Shown piece after piece: positions 14,301-24,877 of a stretch of 64,000 nucleotides of DNA. Within the stretch, counting starts at the first letter, position 1; every line of letters begins with the position of its first letter. Origin of the DNA: Octopus vulgaris. Taxonomy: Eukaryota. Made by a program: the position numbers and the translations under genes. The DNA is taken from positions 197,222,001 through 197,286,000 of the forward strand of contig OX597815.1 in assembly GCA_951406725.2 (NCBI GenBank). The letters are read 5' to 3'. Under the pieces are notes generated by a model. The model made no database searches, was not told the DNA's origin, and saw nothing but the letters and a program-made list of their open reading frames with translations.

Positions 14301-16191
14301 AAATGCGCACGTAGGTCAAGGCGTCTTGGGTCCTTTCACGCATATATCGCGGTCCTCCCGTGAAGGTGGAGGGTAGAATGCATGGCTTGCCGATGTTGCG
14401 AGGGTCATTTTCTTGTTGCAAACCGTCACGGAGATGAATGTAGGAGTCGGAGCGAAGTTTGGTCTGATTAAGTTTAATGTATAGCAGCCTTTCCGATTCC
14501 ATTTTTGCGGCCATGTCAACGGCGAACTGGTTGAATAGCTGACGACAACGGGGCAATAAGTTGAACTCACCCTCCCTGACCATGAACCGGTATGAGTAGA
14601 ACGCCCTGCAGGAAACCGTCTTTGATGCCGCAGTAGTTTGATTGGAGGGCTGCCGTAAAGGAATTCCGAAGTGGTAGCCGTCTTCCCCATAAGGGAAAAG
14701 CAATGGATACTGAAGCGCGTCATAAGATCTGTGAGTCTCGCTGATCCTGTGTAGGTTGTTACCACGGGAGGAGATGATTATGTCACGGCTGTTGTGTTGC
14801 TCTCCGTGTATGACTGCGGCAATTTCGTTGCACGCAGGTGCGTTGAAACGGCGTTCGTGCTCCCCGTGGGGTCGTTTATCAGCATCAATGACAACGGTGA
14901 AGTTTGGAGATGGAGCACTGTCCAAGGCATATCTGAAGCTGCAGACGTAGCTGTTGATATCATGAAGCATGGTTTGGAGACGGAGAAGAACGTCTTTGCG
15001 GGGAACATAGCTTGTACCCGGTATTATTCCAAGGCGTGCATCAACCTGGTGGTTGTAGTCGGCAATGAAGTATATTTGGAGGAAAGAAGACTGCTGAATC
15101 TCGTCTGGCAGAAGTGACCCAATAAGATGGTAGACCTGTCCCTGCACTTTGAAAGTAGGCATCCAGCCTTCTCTGGGAGGAATTTTGGCCCCGAAAGAGG
15201 TCATTTGGAATGAGCAGTTGTACTTTCGAATTATTTCAAGGAATTGTGACGAATCGGGGGTTAAACCCGCCGCGAGATCCTTCAGTGGTTGAGGTGGTTC
15301 CCGTAGGGGTGGCAGGTCCACTTTGCCACCAGAGCAGCACAAACCAGGTGGCTCTCCGGGCCATTTCTTGGCTTTGCAAAACTGGCATACAATTGTCATT
15401 GACCCTATCTTGATGTCGTCACGCAAGGAGAAGTTAATTGTGGCGTCGTAGTTGAATGCTAGTGACAACCAGAAAGCGGGGGCAGGGGTACGTACACCAC
15501 GAATGATATCCCGACGTTTGTTGATACTCTCAAGTCGAGTGCACCGTGCCTCAGCAGATTCAGATGCACGTGCGACAGCGGTAGCAGTGGCATCCCTTGA
15601 AAGCCTTTCAGCTCTCGCCTCAGCACCCTCTGAAGCCCTAGCAGAAGCAGTGTTAATGGCATGTCTGGATGTCCGAATAGTCCGTTGGTGTGGAGTTTCG
15701 GCAGATCGAGCCCTGGCTGTGTTTGCGGCGTTAGCAGCTTGGCGAGCTCTCCTCTGTTGAGGTGTTTCGGCAGCTTTGGCCATGGCTTTGTTTGCGGCGT
15801 CAGCATCTTGGCGAGTTCTCCTCTGCTGTGAGGTTTCGACAGATCGTGTCCTGGCGGTGCTAGTGGCGTTAGCCGCATTCCGAATGGCCCTTTGTTCGGG
15901 GTTCTCGCGAGCTCTGCGGATGGAAGCACAGTAAGAAGACCGCATGTTTTGGCTGGACTGTTGCTCTTTCGTCAACCTCGAGCGGAGGGAAGATCTGTAC
16001 GCTGCGACCCTTGCAAGTCGGGTAGAACGGTCGCTAGTAGTTTCAGATGCCTGAGCAGCGGCATAACGGGAAGCTGTTTGCGAGAGGCGCAAGGCGGTTT
16101 CCTCGTGGGTCTCGCGTGCCCTTCTAGCCCTAGCAGCCGATGCCTTGGCCGTCCGAGGGCTGAGGAGGGTCCTTCTCTTCTTGGGTGGCAT
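11320..16191 (-). CDS. Helitron Rep/helicase transposase, ~1623 aa from the ATG at 16191 (MPPKKRR...)
   Basis: HUH Rep motifs FITYTCNP, VEWQKRGLPHAHILIW and YVCKYINK. Cys cluster CQFC...CC. PIF1-like SF1B helicase motifs DAPGGTGKT, IVWDE, GDFRQ, FAMSINKSQGQT and HGQLYVGCSRV. Typical C-terminus NIVYTEVF. NLS-like PPKKRR follows an ATG in ccaccaaaATG context; the track start at 16239 is a non-ATG extension. Confidence 0.96.
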   Translation of the reverse strand: MPPKKRRTLLSPRTAKASAARARRARETHEETALRLSQTASRYAAAQASETTSDRSTRLARVAAYRSSLRSRLTKEQQSSQNMRSSYCASIRRARENPEQRAIRNAANATSTARTRSVETSQQRRTRQDADAANKAMAKAAETPQQRRARQAANAANTARARSAETPHQRTIRTSRHAINTASARASEGAEARAERLSRDATATAVARASESAEARCTRLESINKRRDIIRGVRTPAPAFWLSLAFNYDATINFSLRDDIKIGSMTIVCQFCKAKKWPGEPPGLCCSGGKVDLPPLREPPQPLKDLAAGLTPDSSQFLEIIRKYNCSFQMTSFGAKIPPREGWMPTFKVQGQVYHLIGSLLPDEIQQSSFLQIYFIADYNHQVDARLGIIPGTSYVPRKDVLLRLQTMLHDINSYVCSFRYALDSAPSPNFTVVIDADKRPHGEHERRFNAPACNEIAAVIHGEQHNSRDIIISSRGNNLHRISETHRSYDALQYPLLFPYGEDGYHFGIPLRQPSNQTTAASKTVSCRAFYSYRFMVREGEFNLLPRCRQLFNQFAVDMAAKMESERLLYIKLNQTKLRSDSYIHLRDGLQQENDPRNIGKPCILPSTFTGGPRYMRERTQDALTYVRIYGRPDLFITYTCNPSCDEITRELLPGQSHTHRHDIVARVFRLNLGKMKDLIVKGQIFGHVRCHMFSVEWQKRGLPHAHILIWLTHKIETNDIDKFISAEIPDPDEDPGLYEIVRTTMVHGPCGPNYANTPCYKNGLACSKGFPKRFTLETQTGGDGYPLYKRRSPANGGRTITVGRHQVDNSYIVPYCPLLSKIFKAHVNVEFCSSIRSIQYVCKYINKGSDAAMFSIQRTTSRDEVSSYLAGRYLSSNEAFWRIYGFPLHQRHPAVVQLAVHLENGQRIYFTEQSAVHIATSPKDTTLTGFFKLCQRDDFARTLLYPQVPSYFVWSKNTWVRRKSGKNVESFPGVKFDSCLGRVYNIPPNQQECFYLRLLLHEVTGPTGFANIRTVNGVLCDTFREACMRLGLLEDDSQWDATMAEGALLQTHSALRHLFAILLQKCQLSDPLSLWMKYRDDMSHDFLRTAQQHCPSAEITFTNFIYNFALIQLEDAVIDMGGSALTEYGLPPPTREHANVMSAELLRETSYCIEELHQYVQDNEPRLIPDQRIAYNTIVDSVRQQRGGIFFLDAPGGTGKTFVTKLILAEVRRNTDIALAVASSGIAATLLPGGRTAHSAFRLPLDLAKSESPICNIAKNSEQADILRRCKLIVWDECTMAHKGALEALDRSLQDIRDSTAPMGGLTLLLSGDFRQTLPVIPKGTRADAVRACLKSSALWAHVRPLHLQTNMRAQLIGDSGSAAFSRDLLSLGENRMLSDADGYVQLDSLCTIVDTPASLRDAVFHDLQNNLRDLKWLAGRAILAPKNTTVNSINIQLLEAIPGDVHVYKSIDRTADPAQLADYPIEFLNSLEPPGLPPHILKLKVGAPIMLIRNLVPPKQCNGTRLVVKHLAPHLITATILTGCGKGEDVFIPRMHLQPSGADLPIHFRRSQFPVKLCFAMSINKSQGQTLQVAGLHLGEQCFAHGQLYVGCSRVGRRNDVFMFSPKRTARNIVYTEVFQ
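15493..16113 (-). repeat. Nine in-frame 69-bp (23-aa) repeats, STPR-like, in the Helitron N-terminus
   Basis: ETHEETALRL..., ETTSDRSTRL..., LTKEQQSSQN..., ENPEQRAIRN..., ETSQQRRTRQ..., ETPQQRRARQ..., ETPHQRTIRT..., EGAEARAERL..., ESAEARCTRL... recur at an exact 23-residue spacing with an E-T-x-E/Q-x-R-x-x-R pattern. Confidence 0.8.
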
Positions 16192-16313
16192 TTTGGTGGA
16201 TAGCAATGTGTTTGGCAAAGGTGTAATAAAAAGGAACACGTGGGGTAAGTATTTTGGTGGATAGTAATGTGTTTGGTAAAGGTGTAATAAAAAGGAGCTC
16301 GTGGGGTAAGTAT
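16190..16313. repeat. 61-bp tandem duplication immediately upstream of the Helitron ATG
   Basis: attttggtggatag(c/t)aatgtgtttgg(c/t)aaaggtgtaataaaaagga...gtggggtaagt occurs at 16190 and at 16251. Confidence 0.9.
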
Positions 16314-16683
16314 CCGAAAATGTATAAAAAGTACAAAAACGGCCAAAAAGCTGGCAGCAATGTGAGTGACAACAACGAAAAAGTCAAAAGTGATCAAACT
16401 GAACAAACGAAAGGAAAAGTTTTTTGATGCACACGACAAAAGTGGTTTATAATAAACCAAGAGTTTGCAAGTAGCGTCCGAGGACCGTTAGGGTACGTCA
16501 AAAATTGAAGGTAAAACGTTTGGGGTGGTAGTTATAAAGAAAGTTTAAACCAAAAGAGTATTCGAATAACTTGTGGCTGCAGCAGCTATTAGCAGAAGTG
16601 GCGGTGTTGGGGGTAAAGTCTCGAATGTAATTTCTTCCTGGTAGGAATTGGTTGGATCGAATTATCGATAGCTAAAAAGGTCA

Positions 16684-17117
16684 AGTTGCGTCCCCTAGAC
16701 AGTCTGGTTTGTGTTTAATACACAAATTTGTTTGCTATGTGTGCCACGTATGATTAAATTAACCGATTTTTTCCAATAATGTATCCTATTGGAATAAAAA
16801 GGGCTATATAGCTCCTTGGAGCAGACATGATGCTCGTTGTGAAAAAAAAAAAGATTCCTGCCAATTTGTGAAAGATATTGTCGAAAATATGTCATCTTGA
16901 ATTTGAACGCGATTTCCCAAAATGGCATGATTTTATCGATTGTTTCTGATGGTAAGGTATTGCATGGAAAACTAACGTCAGAATTGAGTTTCTTAGGGTA
17001 ACATTAAGCTTCACCATGAGTTTGGTGAAAATCGATTGCAAGTTGTGAAAACTACCATAGATAATGCGTTGCATAAAAAAAGCTTAGATTCTCGAGTTGC
17101 GTCCCCTAGACAGTCTG
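16684..17117. repeat. 23-bp direct repeat in the Helitron 5' non-coding region
   Basis: agttgcgtcccctagacagtctg at 16684-16706 and 17095-17117. Confidence 0.85.
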
Positions 17118-17851
17118 TGGTTCATGTTTATGATTCTCGACCCCATGTCGAATTTATCAATTTTTTTCAGAACTGGGGGAACTTTTCAAAATTTTCGCTG
17201 CGTTAGTTTTGAATTATGACATTGGGCTATGTGTGTGTCAAGTTTCATCAGAATCGGTTGAAAGCCGTGGTCAGGGTGAGGGTACGAGAAAACAGACACA
17301 CAGAAGCACGCACAGACAAACTGCCGTTTATATATAGAGAGATATATGTATATATATATATATATATATGTGTGTATGTATGTTTGTATATGTTTGTGTG
17401 TCTGTGTTTGACCCCCTCCAACATCGCTTGCCAACCGATGCTGGTGTGTTTACGTTCCCGTAACTTCGCGGTTCGGCAAAAGAGACCAATAGAATAAGTA
17501 CTAGGCTTACAAAGAATAAGTCCTGGGGTCGATTTGCTCGAATAAAGGTGGTGCTCCACCATGGCCACAGTAAAATGACTGAAAAAAGGAAAAGATAAAA
17601 GAGTAATCCTACCGGGACATAAAACAGTACAAAATCTTCAAAAATGTGCTCTAGTAGGTAAAGCCCATATCCAACGCATGACATTTTCGTTTCAATAGCA
17701 CAGGCCAATAAGAACAATCTTCACACACAAACGCAATCAGCACCCAGTAAAATAATTATGACTACCCAATAATATAACCCAATTGATATCACACACACAG
17801 TACACACTAGGGAGCAAACACTAATACAACAGAAATAGTAACGAACTAAAC

Positions 17852-18171
17852 AATTGCAGCGTGGAAGGTGTTTGTAAGCCATTTAAGAAAGACACAAAAG
17901 CCGTTCGATTCACTTCAACATTTAAGTTTAATTTTGTCAAAATATTTTCGTTGCTATAAGATCGCGACCTGTTCACTGACAAAACAGTGAACAGGTCACG
18001 GTCTTAAAGCGACGAAAATATTTTGACAAATTAAACTTAAATGTTGTAGTGAATCGAACGGCTTTTGTGTGTTTCTTAAATGGCTTACAAACACCTTCCA
18101 CGCTGCAATTATTTTCGTTTCAGCACATGATCGCAGATCAAATCACTTGCTACGCAAGTACATCTCCGTAA
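17852..18171. mobile_element. Fold-back Penelope-like insertion with 16-bp TSD
   Basis: ~125-bp inverted arms (17852-17978 / 17985-18110) plus a 60-bp one-sided extension. Flanked by agtaacgaactaaaca (17837-17852, 18172-18187). Both arms carry a hammerhead-like motif. Confidence 0.8.
17932..17984 (-). ncRNA. Minimal type I hammerhead ribozyme-like motif with swapped G3-C8 core
   Basis: TTTTGTCA-GTGAACA-G-GTCGC gatcttata GCAAC-GAAA-ATAT-TT-TGACAAAA: 8-bp stem I, stem II consensus GTCGC/GCGAC from the two arms, palindromic stem III AATATT. Confidence 0.7.
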
Positions 18172-18499
18172 AGTAACGAACTAAACACCATACAAAGATA
18201 ATCCACTGCATTAAACTATGAAGAATCCTCTAAACTTTTTGAGCACCCAAGAAAAGATTAAATATTTTGAGCAGATCCCTCGGAAACCAACAATCTACGA
18301 GGTTCAAAATATGCTGACATCACCCGCCCACATTCTCAGGAAGTTTCTCTCCACCTAATAAATACCTGCTTTTGGTCTCTGGTTGAGACCCAGTCGGAAG
18401 ATGAAATGAAATGCAAATCAATTAGAAAATATCAATAAGTAAAATAATAATAACAGTAATAATGATGATGGTGGTCGTCGTTGTCGTGGTGGTGGAGGT

Positions 18500-19720
18500 G
18501 ATGTGATGATTGAAACAAATATATTAGCATTCCAAAAAATGAGCGTAGTTCACATAGAGAAGAAGAAATTATTCAGAGTATTTATATCATGTGCGATAAA
18601 GAAATATACATAATTTAATCAAACATAGACATACAAATACTTAGGAGTCAATGAACTAGACAGTCTACAACACAAGGAGGAAATAGGAGAAAAAGTTTAT
18701 GAAGGAATATTATAGACGCATACGATTAATATTTAAAATATAATAAAACACATACACACACAAAAAGCAATAAGTAACAATACTCCTGTCCTCTCATTAA
18801 TAGTTTATACTTATATTGTTTAATTGGATACTGAAATAACTTAGGCTAAGTAGGAAAACAAGACAGCTAATAATTCTGTTTTCTTTACACTACGCAAAAG
18901 CAGAGACAGAAAGATTATATTTATCTAAACACAAGGATAAAAGTGCCTTAAAGAGTCGGAAAACATATGAAACCTTAGGACTAATAATAATACCGAGATA
19001 ATTATGTAACATACGTAGAGATATTTACAAACCATGAACGAAGCAATAAAGTGTTTGCTGTCTTACTTGAGGCTATCAAATATATAACGGTGAATGAAAT
19101 GAAAAATTCGGTAACAACTTGAAGAAACAAGAAGAGACATTTTCGAAAAGAATAACCTCTACATACTAATAATTGGAATTGTTGAATAGTAAAGAGAAGA
19201 AAATTACTATGCTGTTTGAAAAGTACAGGTTTAATGCTAAAATTGAAGGTTCCCTGAGTTCAGCACAGTGACACTTCGCTCTTTGCCAGAACCATTAACA
19301 GCGTACAATAAGGCAGAATACAGTGGGAGAGCGACGAATCTATGTAAACGGAGAAGACTCAGCTTATCGCATTATCTCTGGTTGATCAGTCTCGGCCAGC
19401 TGAGAATATAACGACAAGTACGGTAGAGTTGGGTCTTATATATATCACAAGATATACCAGTATTACAAAACGCCTATGGTATAGAAATTGCAAAGGGTAT
19501 GGTCTGAAAATTATCTCAGTGAAGGACTGTACTACAGGATATACGAATAAACACAACTAAAGCTAATTGATTTCACAAACATTTCTGCAAATATAATTCC
19601 ATTCTTAATGACGTTTCAACCCTAAGAGCTGAGAGCATATCTTTCTAAGAAATTGATATATATTTCAAATATAAAGATCTGAAAATATATATTACCTTAG
19701 TGCGGAGACAGGAAAGTGTA
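18500..19720 (+). pseudogene. Decayed R4/Dong-like LINE ORF
   Basis: Remnants YKYLGV, EYYRRIRLI, RKTRQLI, ERLYLS, a degenerate Cys knuckle and the K-YKDL region, with many stops and frameshifts. Confidence 0.65.
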
Positions 19721-22700
19721 ACATGCACTACTTGGGTTAGTGGAGTGTATCGTCCTGTTTCAACTACCACCATCTAGCAGCCAAGATCATCTCGCAGAAT
19801 CCAGTCTGTCAGGAGGATTAGATTCATGTAATTAGTTTGGGGATAAATTCCTTCCTCTCAAAAGTTACAGGAACATATAAAGACGGATAACCTTGCATAA
19901 ATAAGAAATCCCAATGACGCGAGCAAGACCCAGAATCACATAAACATATAATCAAATTACCATGACTTAAAATATTCACAATGTACATAAATAACAGAGG
20001 TAACCACTGCAGAGAATAAGAACAGTTAGGTGCACAAGATTAGAAACAGTTTAGTCAAACCTAAATAATTTACATACCCAAGACACCAGGAGCTGTGCTC
20101 GATAATGCAGGAAATGCGTATGATGAATTAAGCGTGCAAATGATAATGGATCCTGTTTTAGAAAAAAGGGCAATAATTTTGAAAGGAGGGTTAGACAATA
20201 CCATTGGCCGCAATAGTTGAATCGTAATTTGTTTTATTGACAGAGAAACGTTGACTGTTTCGTAGTTGGTTGTTGGACGATACATGAAAATAGAACTTGA
20301 CAGGATTAGAATTCGAAACGTAAAGAGTCAGAACTTATACACAAAGCAATATTCCATACTCGCTAACGACTCTGCCAAATGGTCGCCTTAAAAAATTGAC
20401 TTCGCGCACTGTGAGGTTTAGAACCAAGACCCGATATGCGGTAGAAATCTGATACGTCATCAGTCAAGATCCAGTTTGTAACCCACAATCTACGCTGTGC
20501 TATATCAGGTGGGAGGCATCATTGATAATTCAAGCACCATTGGCACCAGGCTTGTATTGTTTTCGCTTCTATGAGCAGCTGTTAGTCTTCTCTAGAGTCA
20601 TGTAAATCAAGATGGACAAGAACGCCCAAAACCGTCACCTGTCTATCAGCCAACAGAAAGCAACTCAATTCTGCCTGGAAAGTAGAACACATACGAAAAA
20701 CCTATATGTCCATGTACGTCAGATCATCAGAGTTTGAATTTTGACTTTCTTGCAAAGTCAGGCGTCTGTCACACAGTTATATCTCACAACGTTTTGTTCT
20801 CTAGTCTTGAAGACCACTCCCCTCCCACATAATTAAAGCACTTGAAAGTGTGGTAAGACGGTATGCCAGTTTTTTATGCGTGTATGCGCGTGTATAAAGA
20901 TACAATTAAAAAATACATACACACCCATGTATATATATATATATATATATATATACAACAAAGCCTAATGGTGTGGATTTTCTAAAACTCCTTTAGGAGT
21001 AAACGGTTTTCACGATGAATTCCAATTTAATCGGAATCTACATTATCTGAAGCATAGTAGTAGAAAAGAAATTTTATTTTCTCAAGGTTATGAAGACGCA
21101 AATCTTTGGGGTGCGATTGTGTATACCGAAAGATTCATATATATCTAGAAGGATGTATATAAAACTCTGTAAAATGTATGAGTGTATATATATTTGTATG
21201 TTTCTGTATGCATTTATACATGTATACATGTGTATTGTAAGTTTCAGAAAATATTAGAAAAATGGAATAAAAGTCAGTCATAATAAGAGATCTCTAAAAA
21301 TCTATTTACTTAAGTTTTAACCACTGTTTCTGCCATACATATTTACACAATCTTGATTTTGAAGTATTTGGAAATTATAAAAAGGAACGGAGGGAAGATT
21401 CGGACTGTTCATATTTTAAAACTAAGGATTAAAAAGAATTGCGTGTGTCAAATTGTTTCTCCAGAAATGTTTACTCTTATGGCTTCATAGCATTAAGCGT
21501 GGAAAACTGCATCAAGATAACCAATTTTCAGATTTTTTACTTCTTTTTAAAAAATGTAGATTTTGTGAATGAAACTAAATAGATCTTGAAGAAGAAATGA
21601 ATGCTTAACATAACAATTTTTCTGATTTTTTACGTAATTTTAAAAGGAGGATAATGTTGTGACTCAAACTAACTAAATCCAAGTAGAATGAATACCATCC
21701 TCCACAATTTGTTACTCATATGAAGTACACATGTATTTCAACAATTTCTAATCAAGCATACTTTCTTTCTTGGGCATAAAAAATCCTCTCTCTGGGTGAC
21801 AAATTACCAAACTTTTAATTAGATATTTCGTTTTTGGTTTTGCTTTTCAATTTGTACATCTGTACTCCCGAATGCGTACAAGCGCATATGTAAAACGACG
21901 TCCTTTATTTTTTAATCATTCTCTGCTGATATCAAAATATATTGAAAAGTAAAAATATTTTCTAGGTGTGTGTGTGTGTGGGGGGGCACATTTGTGATTT
22001 TAAGGGTCAAAGGGTGACCTTTGGCCAAAATGGGTTGAGAACCTTTGTTTTAGATGATGACAATGTTGTTGCGCTTGTTCTCCGTAGAACTTCTACATTA
22101 GGTTTTCCGTCTTTGCGGCAGTTACTCTGTCCAGCCTCATCAAATGACAAACCCTGCCGTTTATAGAAAATTAAACAACCAGCACGCGCAATGGTATCTG
22201 CAAATATGTTAAGAGTTTGGTTCATTATGCCAGTAGCTGATGAGTTCAAAAGAAATTGTGTAAGAAATTAGTTTCTGATAATTTAAATCTATTTGGTCAT
22301 AGCAAGGCGGATTTGTTAATTTGTTCGGTGAATTACGTTCCATAAAACAAGCTTCTGCACACAAGTGTTCACACCCATTGTGCGAACACTTCGGGATAGG
22401 GAACAAAAACAGTAAATATCATCAGAAGCAAGAAATATATTCTACAAATCAAATGAATGAATACATTATTCCACAGAGACACAATACAAAGATGCAAATG
22501 TATCAGGGATGATGATGTATTGATGTTGTTGAAATAGAAGAATCATACTAGTAATCACAAATATAATAAATGTTTATTTGCAATCTAAAAAGTATCTTTG
22601 TGTACTAATACGCATAAGCCAAAAATTAGAGACATGGCGAAAAAGATTTACTCGTGATTCTTCTTAACCGAACAATATCTATAGAAACGTCTTGTTAAAA

Positions 22701-22814
22701 ACAGAGAGGGGTTCCAGTTTCTCTTCAAAGAATAGTTAAAGATATGTACAGTGTTGTTGTGTGTATAAAACGTAATGTCCAAAGATGGAGAGAAGCAATA
22801 ATAATAATAATAAG

Positions 22815-23111
22815 AAGAAGAAATTCAAAAGATAGTACTCATGGGAAATGCTCATGTCCTACGCAAAATACTTTCTATGTAATCTCAAGGTTTAAAACAA
22901 ATATAGTTTTCGTTTTTCTTTTTTTTTTTTTTTTTAGACATTCACTAGTACAACACCAAAAAACCCCCCAAATATATGGCACACTAGGTATAACAACAAC
23001 ATTAACTTCCAATCTGTTGTCTCTTGAGGTCTCTGGGTGAGACTTGGAGCCAACTTGTACAAATATAAAGCAAAAGTCAAACATAGAATAATAATAATAA
23101 TAATAATAATG

Positions 23112-23146
<35 letters not shown>
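22815..23146 (+). mobile_element. 3' end of an R4/Dong-like LINE with (AAT)n tail, in a TAA microsatellite
   Basis: IQKIVLMGNAHVLRKILSM* C-terminus, then 3' UTR, then (AAT)n. An (AAT)n run also lies upstream. Confidence 0.75.
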
Positions 23147-23147
<1 letters not shown>

Positions 23148-23779
23148 TTACCGTCATGCACATTACTAACATTAAGAATTGATAAGTTTATACATGTTTT
23201 GTTACATGGTTGTTCTAGGCTCTGTATTTCACAAAACTTAAACTGCAAGAAAGTACAATTGTCTTTTCATAAATATTTAGAGAGGCTGGATTGGAGTGTT
23301 TTGTACTCTTGTCCTTATCTTTTATATTTTTACCTATATTTATTTAAGATCACATAAAGAAGGAGTGATTTTTAGACAAATGTCTTTATATTTTTATTTT
23401 GTCTACGTACTTGGAGACTGTAAAAAAAGTATTCCATTGACTATTATTGCAGGTAAGATTTTCCAACAAAATATGTGATTTAGCAAAAAACACCAAAAAA
23501 ATGAGGACAATATCAATAGTGTTATGTAGAAAGAAACATCCAGAGCACAAATATTTCTCGCTCGCTCACACTCTAGCTTTATTATTACGCGGAAATATTT
23601 CTTGTGGGTGTGCTGGTTTGTTATCAATTTAAAAAGAAACTCACATTAGTCGTTTTACAGCGTCCTCTGCGAGACTCGAGCATTAAATACTGAAAAATAT
23701 GTTGTATTAAAAAAAAACGTGTATTTTTTTAGTGACACTTTTTGTCATATTGAATTAATGTAAGTTATTGTGTTTATAT

Positions 23780-24086
23780 GTGGAGATACATGGCCTAGTG
23801 GTTAGAGCAGTGGACTCGCGGTAGAGGGATCGCGCATTCGAATTTCAGACCGGGCAATGTGTATGTTTATAAGCGAAACACCTAAGCTCCACGCGACTCC
23901 GGCAGAAGGTAATAGCGAAACTTCAGCTGACTCTTTCGCCACAACTTTCTCTCACTCTTTCCATCTTGCAGCTCACCTGCGACGGACCGGCGTTCCGTCC
24001 TGGTGGGGAACCTATACTCAAAGGAAACCAGGAAGCCGGAAAACCGTCCTTTATGAGCCAAGCGTGCCTCGAAAAGGAACAAACAA
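23780..24086 (+). mobile_element. tRNA-derived SINE family C
   Basis: A box tggcctagtgg, B-box-like attcgaatttc, (AAAC) tail. 13-bp TSD attgtgtttatat (23767-23779, 24087-24099). Confidence 0.88.
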
Positions 24087-24614
24087 ATTGTGTTTATATA
24101 TTAAATTATTTTAAGTTTTTGAATTTAGCTTAAACAATTTTTAATAAGTAAAAAACAGAAACAATAGTAAAATGACTGTTTCTCTCCGAACAATTTTTAT
24201 ATTATTACTAAATATAATAATTTTGTTCTTGGTAACTTTTGTCAAAATGCCTTTTTCGTACTTTATGCATCAGATTTGATGGCAAATATATGTAATCATT
24301 ATGATTATAGTTATCGAAATTACATGGTGGATGGTTCCTGATAAAGACACAAAATCAAAACATTTATTGAAAATCATTAGTCAATACTATCGATTCTCGT
24401 GCTTGAATTTTACTTGAATTTATCAACACCAGGGAGAAGAAAGGCAAAATTTACCACGGTGGAGTTTCAAAGCATGCAGGATTAATACTAATACGTAAGC
24501 TTTTAGAGTCGTACAATATACTTTGTATTGAGATCCGATCGAAGTTGCATTGTGGGCAATTGTGTCGGGCAATTAAGATTTTTAAATAACACTACGAAAA
24601 ATTATCTGAAGAGA

Positions 24615-24793
24615 GGCATGGATGAGTGGCTGTCTGGTAAGTAGCTTGCTTACCAACCATATAGCTTCAGGTTCAATCCCACTGCGTGGCACCTTGGGTA
24701 AGTGTCTTCTACTTTAGCCTCGGGCCGACCAAAGCCTTGTGAGTGGATTTGGTAGACGGATACTGAAAGAAGCCCGTCGTATATATGTATATG

Positions 24794-24877
<84 letters not shown>

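Larger units (their letters stand above)
11198..17342 (-). mobile_element. Complete autonomous Helitron (rolling-circle DNA transposon), ~6.1 kb
   Basis: On the minus strand it starts TCTCTCTATATATAAACGG (17342) after host A. It ends with the hairpin CCCGGGCAACGCCGGG (11210-11225), then CTATGCTG, then CTAG (11198-11201) before host T. No TSD. It encodes one intact Rep/Hel ORF and splits a SINE into two matching halves. Confidence 0.96.
11008..17604 (+). mobile_element. SINE family A split by the Helitron (5' half 11008-11197, 3' half 17343-17604)
   Basis: Head ggcgtaggagtggctgtgtggtaagtag...ggttcagtc and CORE-like caccttgggcaa lie left of the Helitron. The microsatellite, ccccctccaacatcgcttg... 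body and (gtaaaaga)-type tail lie to the right. Same order as the intact copies. Confidence 0.92.

Noticed and set aside
16190-16313. CRISPR-like array or U1 snRNA (ATACTTACC on the minus strand)
   Set aside because: Only two adjacent units with no spacers, in eukaryotic context; U1 similarity is limited to 9 nt.
11253-16460. ORFs overlapping the Helitron gene in other frames or strands
   Set aside because: Shadow ORFs of a GC-rich coding region with no motifs.
17240-17255. CTGATGA on the minus strand in the Helitron subterminal region
   Set aside because: No stem II/GAAA/stem I arrangement follows.
22007-22406. Minus-strand ORFs with a Cys/His cluster (CSHNGCEHLC)
   Set aside because: Short and interrupted, with no splice or domain support; possibly a decayed TE that I cannot assign.
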